Source: Lapillicoccus sp. (GTDB taxonomy: Bacteria > Actinomycetota > Actinomycetes > Actinomycetales > Dermatophilaceae). From it: a stretch of DNA of 36,677 bases. Each line of letters begins with the position of its first letter. Within the stretch, counting starts at the first letter, position 1. The notes below the pieces were generated by a model, which ran no database searches, had not been told where the DNA came from, and saw only the letters and a list, made by a program, of their open reading frames with translations. The stretch lies in contig DATLPT010000150.1 of the NCBI GenBank assembly GCA_035535635.1, forward strand, positions 1-36,677, in the 5' to 3' direction. Positions 28,441-36,677 of this stretch are shown here, piece by piece. The translations under genes were made by a program, and so were the position numbers.

Positions 28441-28896
28441 GTGGAGCGCCTGGACCGTCACCTCGTCGACCTGCTGGCCGCCGACGGCCGGATGAGCTTC
28501 ACCGACCTCGGCAAGGCAACCGGGCTGTCGACGTCCGCGGTCCATCAGCGGGTACGCCGGCTGGAGGAGCGCGGCGTCATCACCGGCTACCACGCCACCG
28601 TCCAGCCCGAGGCGCTCGGTCTGCCCTTGACGGCGCTCATCTCGGTTTCGCCGCTGGATCCGGCGGCTCCCGACGACATCCCGCAGCGGCTCACCGACAT
28701 CACCGAGATCGAGGCCTGTCATTCGGTTGCCGGCGAGGAGAGCTACGTCCTCAAGGTCCGAGTCGCGACGCCCGGCGCACTGGAAGACCTGCTGGCCCGG
28801 ATCCGGTCGGCCGCCAACGTCCGGACGCGGACCACGGTCGTGCTGTCCACGCCGTGGGAGGACCGGCACGCCTCCGCCCAAGAGTCACCTGACTAG
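28441..28896 (+). CDS. Lrp/AsnC family transcriptional regulator
   Basis: DGRMSFTDLGKATGLSTSAVHQRVRRLE, CHSVAGEESYVLKV; GTG 6 nt after TAGCCT. Confidence 0.93.
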   Translation: MERLDRHLVDLLAADGRMSFTDLGKATGLSTSAVHQRVRRLEERGVITGYHATVQPEALGLPLTALISVSPLDPAAPDDIPQRLTDITEIEACHSVAGEESYVLKVRVATPGALEDLLARIRSAANVRTRTTVVLSTPWEDRHASAQESPD

Positions 28897-28909
28897 GACC
28901 CCGTGCGGT

Positions 28910-28951
28910 TCGTGGTGATAGCGGCCGGCAATCCGACCGTTATCACCACGA
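28910..28951. terminator. Long inverted repeat between the convergent Lrp and kamA genes
   Basis: TCGTGGTGATAGCGG-N12-CCGTTATCACCACGA, 14 of 15 Watson-Crick pairs plus one G:U. Confidence 0.65.
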
Positions 28952-28968
28952 CCCAGACTGCCTCCGGG

Positions 28969-30423
28969 TCAGCCGGCCTGAGTAACCGCAAGCTCGCGGC
29001 TGGCCTTGGCCCGCGCCGCCGCGAGCTCGTCGAGCGCGCCGAGGTCGGCGCGCGACCGCCACCACTCCTGGCCGGAGGGCGGCAGCGTGTCGATCGGGTC
29101 GTAGTAGGCGTAGTCGCGCGACAGGGCGGCCTCGTCGCCGCCCTCGATCGAGGTGCGGTAGTTCTTGCGCCAGTAGGAGATCCCGCGCTCCGGGTCGTAC
29201 GACTCGACCTGGTGGACCCACCGCTTCCCGACGAACGGCACGTCGCACACGATCCGCGGCGTGGCGAACCCCGGCAGCCAGCCCATGATCGCGTGCTGCA
29301 GCTCCTGGGCGTGCTTCAGCGACACCCGCCAGTGCTCGCTGAACGGGATCATGTCGCACATGTAGAAGTAGTAGGGCGTGATCGACGCGTCGTCGGAAAG
29401 CGCGAAGCAGAGGTCGAGGAGCTGCTCCGGCGAGTCGTTGACGCCGCGCATGAGCACGCCCTGGTTCCGGACGTCCCGAAGCCCCGCCGACAGCATCGCC
29501 CGGGCGGCCGACGCCACCAGAGGGGTCACCGACTGCGCCGAGTTCACGTGCGTGTGGATCGCCAGCGACACTCCTCGCGACCGCGCCTTGGCCGCCACCC
29601 GACCGACGCCCTCGACGACGTCTGGAGCCAGCCAGTGCTGCGGCAGCCCCATGAGAGCCTTGGTGGCGAGCCGCACGTCGCGAATGCTCTCGATCTCGAG
29701 GAGCCGGTCGAGGAACGCCTCGAGGTTCTTCCACGGCATGTTCGCCACGTCGCCACCGGAGACGACGACGTCGCGCACCGTCGGCGTCGTGGACAGGTAG
29801 GCGAGCATCGCCGCATACCGGTCCACGGGTTTGCCGGCCAGCTTGAGCTTGGCGACCTGCGGGGTCGAGTTGCCGACGAGGTCCATGCGGGTGCAGTGGC
29901 CGCAGTACTGCGGGCAGGTCGGCAGCAGCTCGGCCAGCACCTTGGTGGGGTACCGGTGGGTCAGCCCCTCTGCTACCCACATGTCGTGCTCGTGGAGGCT
30001 GTCGCGCGTCGCGTTCGGGTGCGAGGGCCAGTCGGTCCGACGGTCGGAGAACACCGGCAGCATGTAGCGCCGGACCGGGTCGGCGTAGAAGGCGGTCGTG
30101 TATGCGGCGCCGGCCGCCGGCACCGGGCCGGTCACGGCCGGCACCATGGTGTTGAGCATCTGCGGCGGGAGCAGCATCGACATCGTGGCTCGCTCCGCCT
30201 GGTCGCGTTCGAGGTCGGCGTAGAAGTCCTCGGCGAGCAGGTCGCCCATGACGGCGTGCAGCTGGCGCGCGTTCTTGACGCAGTGCGCCCGCTGCCACTG
30301 CACGTCGGCCCACTCCGCCGGGCTGACGTGCGCCCAACCCGGGAGCCGCGTCCAGTCCGGCTCGACCAGCTCGCGCTGCCGATAGGCGTAGGGCTGCTCG
30401 GGCAGCGTCATCGCGGCGGTCAC
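28969..30423 (-). CDS. kamA: Lysine 2,3-aminomutase (radical SAM/PLP)
   Basis: GLTHRYPTKVL, CPQYCGHCTR (CxxxCxxC), SGGD, NQGVLMRGVND, PYYFYMCD, PLP-lysine region VGKRW; GTG 6 nt after TATCCT. Confidence 0.9.
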   Translation of the reverse strand: MTAAMTLPEQPYAYRQRELVEPDWTRLPGWAHVSPAEWADVQWQRAHCVKNARQLHAVMGDLLAEDFYADLERDQAERATMSMLLPPQMLNTMVPAVTGPVPAAGAAYTTAFYADPVRRYMLPVFSDRRTDWPSHPNATRDSLHEHDMWVAEGLTHRYPTKVLAELLPTCPQYCGHCTRMDLVGNSTPQVAKLKLAGKPVDRYAAMLAYLSTTPTVRDVVVSGGDVANMPWKNLEAFLDRLLEIESIRDVRLATKALMGLPQHWLAPDVVEGVGRVAAKARSRGVSLAIHTHVNSAQSVTPLVASAARAMLSAGLRDVRNQGVLMRGVNDSPEQLLDLCFALSDDASITPYYFYMCDMIPFSEHWRVSLKHAQELQHAIMGWLPGFATPRIVCDVPFVGKRWVHQVESYDPERGISYWRKNYRTSIEGGDEAALSRDYAYYDPIDTLPPSGQEWWRSRADLGALDELAAARAKASRELAVTQAG

Positions 30424-30508
30424 GATGCAAGGATACGGGAGAAGGTCCTTGCGATACGACCTGACGCCGTAGATCCTTCGGCGTGTCCGATTCAGAACAG
30501 GAGAATCT

Positions 30509-31543
30509 GTGGCTCCGTCCGTCCACTCGCCACTGGGGCTGCACCGAGTCGTCGACGCGGAGGAGGTGCTTCCCCAAGCGGCCCGCCACCTCGACGCGTC
30601 GCCAGCGATCTGGCCCGACGAGGTCCGCATCGCCGTCGAGACCCTTAACCTGGACGCCGCGTCCTACCGCCAGCTGGCCGAGAAGCACCAGGGTGACGGT
30701 GCGGCCATTCGCGCCGAGGTCCTCGACATCGTCGCCACCCGGGGCAAGATGCAGAACCCCGTGACCGGGTCGGGCGGCATGCTCGTCGGGACCGTCGCCG
30801 AGGTCGGACCGGACAGCTCGCTCGGGCTTCGAGTGGGGGACCGGGTCGCGACGCTGGTGTCCCTCTCGCTGACGCCGCTGGCCATCACCGACGGGCTCGC
30901 GCGATGGGACGGCCGGAGCGAGCAGCTGCCGGCGGAGGGCCACGCGATCCTCTTCGGCCGGTCGATCGCGGCGGTCCTGCCCGACGACCTCGACGCGCGG
31001 CTCGCCCTGATGGTCATGGACGTCTGCGGCGCGCCGGCCCTGGTTGCCCGGGTGGTCAAGGGGTATGCCTCGCCGACGGTGTGCGTGCTCGGCGCAGCCG
31101 GCAAGTCGGGCTCGCTCTCGTTGGCAGCGGCTCGGGACGCCGGCGCTACGCGGACCATCGGCGTCGCCCCGAACGAGCGCGAGGCGGCAGCGCTGCGCGC
31201 GTCCGGCCTCGCCGACGAGGTCCTCGTCACCGACGCCCGCTCACCACTGGGCTTGGCGGACGCCGTCCGTGCCGCCGGTGGACCGGCCGACGTGACGGTC
31301 GTGTGCGTCGACGTGCCGGGTTGCGAGCAACCGGCCATCCTCGCCACCGCCGACGGCGGGACCGTCGTGTTCTTCTCGATGGCCACCAGCTTCGCCGCGG
31401 CCGCCCTCGGTGCCGAGGGAGTAGCGGCCGACGTCACCATGCTCATCGGCAACGGCTACGTCCCCGGACACGCCGCCTACGCGCTCGACCTGCTCCTGCG
31501 CATACCCGCTGTCCGAGAACTGTTCGAGGCCCGCCGAGGCTAG
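30509..31543 (+). CDS. kdd: L-erythro-3,5-diaminohexanoate dehydrogenase
   Basis: GLHRV, LNLDAASYRQL, RGKMQNPVTGSGGML, ATLVSLSLTPL, FFSMATSF, LIGNGY; AGGAG RBS. Confidence 0.9.
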   Translation: MAPSVHSPLGLHRVVDAEEVLPQAARHLDASPAIWPDEVRIAVETLNLDAASYRQLAEKHQGDGAAIRAEVLDIVATRGKMQNPVTGSGGMLVGTVAEVGPDSSLGLRVGDRVATLVSLSLTPLAITDGLARWDGRSEQLPAEGHAILFGRSIAAVLPDDLDARLALMVMDVCGAPALVARVVKGYASPTVCVLGAAGKSGSLSLAAARDAGATRTIGVAPNEREAAALRASGLADEVLVTDARSPLGLADAVRAAGGPADVTVVCVDVPGCEQPAILATADGGTVVFFSMATSFAAAALGAEGVAADVTMLIGNGYVPGHAAYALDLLLRIPAVRELFEARRG

Positions 31544-32928
31544 GGATCCAGGTCGAGGAGGGCGTTCTCGACGACCTCGGCGAGCGCCGGGTGGATCCAG
31601 TACTGGCCATTGGCCACGTCATCCGCGCGCTGCCCGAAGTGCGCCGCCTGGACGAGCGGCTGGATCAGCGTGGACGCGTCCGGGGCCATGAGGTGGCCGC
31701 CCAACAGCAGCTTCGTCTGCGGGTCCACGAGGACCTTGCAGAAGCCGGTGGTGTCCTCGAGCGCCCAGCCGTACGCCACGTCGCCGACCCGCTGTTCCCC
31801 GCTCACGAAGTCGACGCCCCCGTCGCGCAGCTCCTGCTCGGTCTTGCCGAACCCGGCGATCTGCGGGTGGGTGAACACCGCATGCGGGACGAACCGGTGG
31901 TCGCTTTCGATCGGCTCATCCGGGTGGAGCAGATTGTGCTTGACGACTCGCATCTCATGGTTGGCGACGTGCTTGAGCTGCCACTCGCTGCAGACGTCGC
32001 CGAGCGCGAAGACCCCGCCGGTCGGGGTCTGTTGGTAGGCATCGACGACGAGCCGGCCGTCGTCGTGGCAGGGCAGCCCGGCGGTGTGGGCGTCGATGAG
32101 ATCGGTGTTGATGACCCGCCCTACGGCGAGGAGCACCGCATCGCCCTCGATCTGCACGGGCGCGGCGTCCTCGGCCTCTGCGGTCAGCGCCCAGCGGCCG
32201 CCGTCGTATTGGGCTCCGGTGACGGTCGTCCGGAGCCGGACGTCGTGGCGGTCCCGGGCGATCCGCGTGTAGGCGTGCGAGATCGCCTCGTCCTCGTGCT
32301 CGAGCAGCCGCTCGCCCCGGTGCACCCAGGTGACGCGAGCGCCCAGCCCGTTGAGGATGTGGGCGAACTCCGCGGCGATGTACCCGCCCCCGATGATGAC
32401 GACACGCTCGGGCAGCGACTCCATCCGCATGATCGTGTCGCTGGTGTGGACGCCGCGCTCGGGGTCGACGCGGTCGAGCCCGTCGATGTCGAGGAGTCGA
32501 GGCCGTCCGCCCGCAGCGATGACCCACCGGTCCGCGGTCACGGTGACGCCGGTTCCCGTGTCGAGGGTCATCGGCCCGGTGAACGTGGCCTGCTCCCGGT
32601 ACACAGTGATGTTGTCGGCCTTCTCGCGGTAGGCCTCGCCGTCCGAGGCAACGGAGTCGATCCGCCCGAAGATCCGATCCCGGATGGCGGGCCAGTCCGC
32701 CCGGACGCCGTCGACGTGGACGCCGAGCCGGTCAGCCCTTCGCGCCTCGACGACCCGGTCCGCCGGCAGCACGAACATCTTCGTCGGGATGCAGCCGACG
32801 TTGAGGCAGGTTCCCCCGAACCGACCGCGCTCGACGAGACCGATGTCGAGGTGATCCATCTCAGGGGTGATGACGGAGTTGCCCGAGCCGGTACCGATGA
32901 CGACGAGGTCGTGGTGGCGGTACTCCAT
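31540..32928 (-). CDS. mtr: Mycothione reductase
   Basis: IGTGSGNS, GGTCLNVGCIPTKM, GGGYIAAE, QLKHVANHE, GDVAYGWA, QYWIHPALAE; ATG 7 nt after TACTCT. Confidence 0.92.
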   Translation of the reverse strand: MEYRHHDLVVIGTGSGNSVITPEMDHLDIGLVERGRFGGTCLNVGCIPTKMFVLPADRVVEARRADRLGVHVDGVRADWPAIRDRIFGRIDSVASDGEAYREKADNITVYREQATFTGPMTLDTGTGVTVTADRWVIAAGGRPRLLDIDGLDRVDPERGVHTSDTIMRMESLPERVVIIGGGYIAAEFAHILNGLGARVTWVHRGERLLEHEDEAISHAYTRIARDRHDVRLRTTVTGAQYDGGRWALTAEAEDAAPVQIEGDAVLLAVGRVINTDLIDAHTAGLPCHDDGRLVVDAYQQTPTGGVFALGDVCSEWQLKHVANHEMRVVKHNLLHPDEPIESDHRFVPHAVFTHPQIAGFGKTEQELRDGGVDFVSGEQRVGDVAYGWALEDTTGFCKVLVDPQTKLLLGGHLMAPDASTLIQPLVQAAHFGQRADDVANGQYWIHPALAEVVENALLDLDP

Positions 32929-33021
32929 GTCGCGCAGAGTAACTTCCGCCGACCGGCGCGGCTGCTGCCCCGTCCGCGCGGGTGGTGCGGGATCTGACCG
33001 TGTGCGGTGTGCCACGCTTCG

Positions 33022-33649
33022 ATGGTGCGCACGGAACGGGGGTTCGACCGGATCGTCAACTTCTCCGACGCGACCGTGGCCATCGCCATGACGCTGCTCG
33101 TCCTGCCGCTCGTCGACTTCGGCGGCGAGACCGGCCAGCACGAGAGCCCTCTGGGAACTGCTCGACGAGAACTACGCGGCGATCTTCGCGTTCGTCCTCA
33201 GCTTCCTCGTCATCTGGTCGATGTGGGTGAACCACCACCGCGTCATGGAGTACTTCGCCGACTACGACTCGCGGCTCCTCTTCCTACACATGGTCTGGCT
33301 GCTGACCATGGCCTCGATCCCGTTCACCACGGAGCTGGTGGCGAACCCGGACTACTACAAGCACGGCGGTACCGCGATCTACGTCGCCGTGCTGCTCGTG
33401 AGCTCGATCTGCCTGCACCTGATCGGCCAGCGCGGGCGCCGGCACCACGCGCTGCTGCACGACACCGACGAGGTGAAGGCCTGGCTCGCCGGCCCCTACA
33501 CCTGGACCACGGTCGGCGTCCTGGCCCTCATCCTCGTCATCGTTCTCGTGTTCCCGAACCTGGGCGCGTGGCCGATGCTGCTGCTCTTCGTCGACGGGTT
33601 CATCGAGAACTGGGTCGTCAAGCGGCGCGCGGCCCGGACCTCAGGCTGA
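33022..33649 (+). pseudogene. TMEM175/DUF1211 K+ channel-like protein, frameshifted
   Basis: RIVNFSDATVAIAMTLLVL in one frame, continuing as LWELL...SFLVIWSMWVNHH...IPFTT in the next; one extra C in CCC at 33147-33149. Confidence 0.85.
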
Positions 33650-34953
33650 CAGGATCGCGGCCAGCTCCCGGTAGCCCTTGCGCTGCGCATGCTGAAGTGC
33701 GGTGACGCCGTTCTTGTCGGCGATGTCGCGCCGGGCCCCGATGCCCAGCAGGATGCGGACGATCTCCTGGTGACGCGCCCCGCCGTCGCCGAGGATGACT
33801 GCCTCCAACAAGGCGGTCCAGCCGAGGTCGTTGACGTGGTTCACGTCGATGCCGGTCTGGACCACCCTTCGCACGTAGTCCACGTGACCCCGCTCGCTGG
33901 CGGGGATCACCGACAGGCCGCCGAACCGGTTCCGGATGGTGAGGTCGGGGTGGGCCGGCAGCAGCGCCTCGAGCATGGCCACGCTGCCGGTGACCCCTGT
34001 GACCAGCCACGGGTGTCGTGCTGGGCGTCGACGGCGTTCGGGTTCGCGCCGAGAGCCACGAGCACGCGGGCCACGTCGACGCGGTCGTTGGTCGCGGCCA
34101 GCAGCAGCGGGGTACGGCGCCGGTCATCGGGCGTCTCCTGGTCGGCGCCGGCGCGGAGGGCCAGAGCGACCCCGTCCGCGTCCCCGGTCTCGGCAGCGAC
34201 GCGGAGCCGTCGGTCGGCCTCCGCTTTGTCGACCGGACCGGCGGCGTCCTGCCGCAGGGCCTTGTCGAGGGTGGCGACCTGACGCGCAGACCCCTTGCTG
34301 CGGGCCTGGTCGAGGGGCGCCACGCCGTCCCGCCGCGACAGCAGTCGCACGTCGGCACCGCCGGCGACGAGGACCCGCACGGTGTCGTCGTACGCCGGCG
34401 TGCCCTTGCCCAGAATGATCGCCTCGTGCAAGGCCGTCAAGCCGAGCCGGTTGACGTGGTCGATCTCGACGCCCGCTCGGATCAGCCGGCCGACCACGCC
34501 GGTATGCCCCCGCTCACCGGCTCGGATCAGCCCCGTGCCGTTGAAGCTGTCCTTGCTGGCGACGTCCGCACCGTGGGCGAGGGTGAGGTTCAGAAGGTCC
34601 AGGTAACCCTCGCTGGTCGCCACGAGGTAGGCGCTCTGCTGGGTGTCGTCCTTGGCGTTGACGTCCGCGCCCTGGGCGACGAGGTCCCGGACCGCGGGCA
34701 GGTCGTTGGCCCAGGCGGCGTCCCGGAGCCGCTGGTCGAGGTCCGACTGGCTGGCCGCGCCTCGGGTCGATGGTGCGCCGGAGCTGCTCGAGGTGAATGC
34801 GGGTGCCGTCGTAGTCTCCAGGGTCGGGAGGGCCGACTCGGTCGTCGGGGTCGCGCCGCCGGGGCCGGCGGAGACGCACGCTGAGGCCAGCGCGGCGACG
34901 AGGGCGCCGCCCACGAGCGCGAGCGAAGCCCTGCCGGGCCGGGTCGTCGACAT
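33641..34953 (-). pseudogene. Ankyrin-repeat lipoprotein, frameshifted
   Basis: Lipobox-like ASAC, several ankyrin repeats (GADVNAKD, TALHEA, TPLLLAA); one base missing at GGG 34011-34013, and restoring it gives HDTPWLVTGVTGSVAMLEALL. Confidence 0.85.
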
Positions 34954-35006
34954 GAGGCGTCCAGGATGCCCGACCCACCGTGACCAAGCCGGGATCCGGA
35001 GCTTGC

Positions 35007-35534
35007 TCACGCACTGATCCCATGGGTCGCTTCGTCCAATACGGCCACCAGCGGCGCTGGCACCTCGCCCGGGTCCAGCGCCGACGCCAGTAGGCCGGCA
35101 TACCTCAGCTTGCGCCCACTGGTCGTGCCGACGAACCGGCGCAGGACCTCGACCCTCGGCCGGTCGCGGTGGAACGGCTGGTGGCAGAGGATGTCCCATC
35201 GTCCCCGGTCGCCGACCGCCGCGACGACGTCCAGGACGCGGTCCGGGCCGAGGGCGCGAATAAGCTCATCCTCGAGGTCCCGGTCACAGGCGAAGAACGG
35301 CTCCTTCCGGCCGAGCCGGCGCAAGGTGGCCCGGACGTACGCCTGCTCCGCGACGTCGTACAGGCCCGTCACCCGCACGTCGTGGGGGACGGCGAGGAGA
35401 TGCCGAGCCAGGTTGGTGATGCCGCTCATCGCGAGCACGGTGATGCCGGTGAGGTCGTCACCGCGGAGGCGGGCCACCTCCTCCAGCGCGCGCCGGTCAC
35501 TGGCTCCCTCGACGAGGATCACGACCTGGTGCAC
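35007..35534 (-). CDS. Stand-alone OLD-family-like TOPRIM domain protein
   Basis: VILVEGASD, SGITN, GLYDVAE, DLEDELIRALG motifs; start uncertain (35534 or 35543). Confidence 0.75.
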   Translation of the reverse strand: MHQVVILVEGASDRRALEEVARLRGDDLTGITVLAMSGITNLARHLLAVPHDVRVTGLYDVAEQAYVRATLRRLGRKEPFFACDRDLEDELIRALGPDRVLDVVAAVGDRGRWDILCHQPFHRDRPRVEVLRRFVGTTSGRKLRYAGLLASALDPGEVPAPLVAVLDEATHGISA

Positions 35535-35648
35535 GACGGCCACCGTCTCATGGCGCAAATCCTTCGGGAGATCATCCCATGTACCAAAGCATTTCCGTTG
35601 CGCAGCGGTATGCACCGCACAACGTCCGGCAGCCGATATCCTGGTCGC

Positions 35649-36677
35649 GTGCCGACGACGACCCGTCCCCGCCTGGAGCTGGACCCGCCGGTGGTCCGGC
35701 GGGCGCGGTCATTGGCCCGGCAGGCCGGTCGGCCGGTGGTGCGACTGGCCCAGCGGCATACCACCGTGTCGGTCGAGCGGGCCACGCTGCGCCTCGCGGG
35801 GTTGTCAGGCGCCGACCACGAGCGGGTCCCGTGGGTCAACCACCTCGTCGACGCCGTCCGCAGGCAGGTCGGGCTGGAGGACGGCGTCACGACGCCGGTC
35901 TGGGACGCGCTGCGGCGGGGCGAGGCCCAAGACCTGCTCACCCTGGCCCAGAAGGCCGCCTCGGGCTCGATCTCGTTCCGCCTCCCGACCGGGTCGGAGC
36001 TCACTCGCTCGCGACGGGCGGCGCGAGCGGCCGTCGCCACCGGCATCCGGACCATCGACCGGCAGCGGGCGGCCCGGGAGCGGCTCGTTCGCCGGCTCGG
36101 GGATCCGAAGCAGCGTCCATGGATCTATCTCATCGTCGCCACCGGCGACATCGACGAGGACATCCCACAGGCGCAGGCTGCCGCGCGCGAGGGAGCCGAC
36201 GTCATCGCCGTCATCCGGTCCACCGGACAGTCGCTGCTCGACTACGTGCCCGAGGGCGCCACTCACGACGGGTATGCGGGGACCTACGCCACCCAGGAGA
36301 ACTTCCGGCTGATGCGGGCGGCCCTCGACGAGACAAGCCGCGAGGTCGGGCGGTACGTCCGGCTGACCAACTACGCCAGCGGGCTCTGTATGCCGGAGAT
36401 CGCCACCCTGGCCGGGCTCGAGCGGCTCGACATGATGCTCAACGACTCGATGTACGGAATCCTCTTTCGCGACATCAACCCGGTGAGGACCTTTGTGGAC
36501 CAACGGTTCTCGCGGCAGATCCATGCGCGGGCGGGCATCATCATCAACACCGGCGAGGACAACTACCTCACCACGGCCGACGCCGTCGACGCGGCGCACA
36601 CCGTGACGGTGAGCCAACTGCTCAACGAGTACTTCGCCAAGGAGGCCGGTCTCGAGGACTGGCAGCTCGGCCTGGGC
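35649..36677 (+). CDS. kamD: Lysine 5,6-aminomutase alpha subunit (partial, runs off the window)
   Basis: Manual translation: HTTVSVERATLRL, YLIVATGDIDEDI, GADVIAVIRSTGQSLLDYVP, NYASGLCMPE, INTGEDNYLTTADA; absent from the ORF track, presumably because no stop lies in the window. Confidence 0.93.
   Translation, partial: MPTTTRPRLELDPPVVRRARSLARQAGRPVVRLAQRHTTVSVERATLRLAGLSGADHERVPWVNHLVDAVRRQVGLEDGVTTPVWDALRRGEAQDLLTLAQKAASGSISFRLPTGSELTRSRRAARAAVATGIRTIDRQRAARERLVRRLGDPKQRPWIYLIVATGDIDEDIPQAQAAAREGADVIAVIRSTGQSLLDYVPEGATHDGYAGTYATQENFRLMRAALDETSREVGRYVRLTNYASGLCMPEIATLAGLERLDMMLNDSMYGILFRDINPVRTFVDQRFSRQIHARAGIIINTGEDNYLTTADAVDAAHTVTVSQLLNEYFAKEAGLEDWQLGLG

Noticed and set aside
28903-32997. 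Long ORFs 28903-30648, 28943-30943 and 30904-32997
   Set aside because: Alternative-frame or antisense shadows of kamA, kdd and mtr
33007-33705. 232-aa ORF read as a complete protein
   Set aside because: Only its first 47 or so codons are genuine; the rest is out of frame after the insertion at 33147-33149
33147-34013. Programmed frameshifting or phase variation at the two frameshift sites
   Set aside because: The runs are only 3 nt with no slippery heptamer; sequencing error or simple mutation is more likely
35805-36617. 270-aa minus-strand ORF
   Set aside because: Antisense shadow of kamD

Overview
High-GC actinobacterial chromosome segment. It carries the complete Pup-proteasome locus (arc, dop, pup, prcB, prcA, pafA, two FKBPs, pafB, pafC, tatA, tatC, a DAG-kinase-like gene, helY), interleaved with many accessory genes. 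Downstream are a molybdate uptake operon (HTH-TOBE regulator plus modABC), a 5'-3' exonuclease, an Lrp regulator and a split lysine-degradation cluster (kamA, kdd, partial kamD). Mycothione reductase, a TMEM175-like channel, an ankyrin lipoprotein and a stand-alone TOPRIM gene lie between kdd and kamD. The most striking feature is three tandem FilP-like (intermediate-filament-like) coiled-coil paralogs between prcA and pafA; two of them share a conserved ECF-like upstream element. Also seen: pervasive leaderless promoters, two single-base frameshifts, and remnants of an S53 protease and an ECF sigma factor. No CRISPR array, rRNA, tRNA or transposase was recognised. All family calls come from motif recognition by eye, not database searches.
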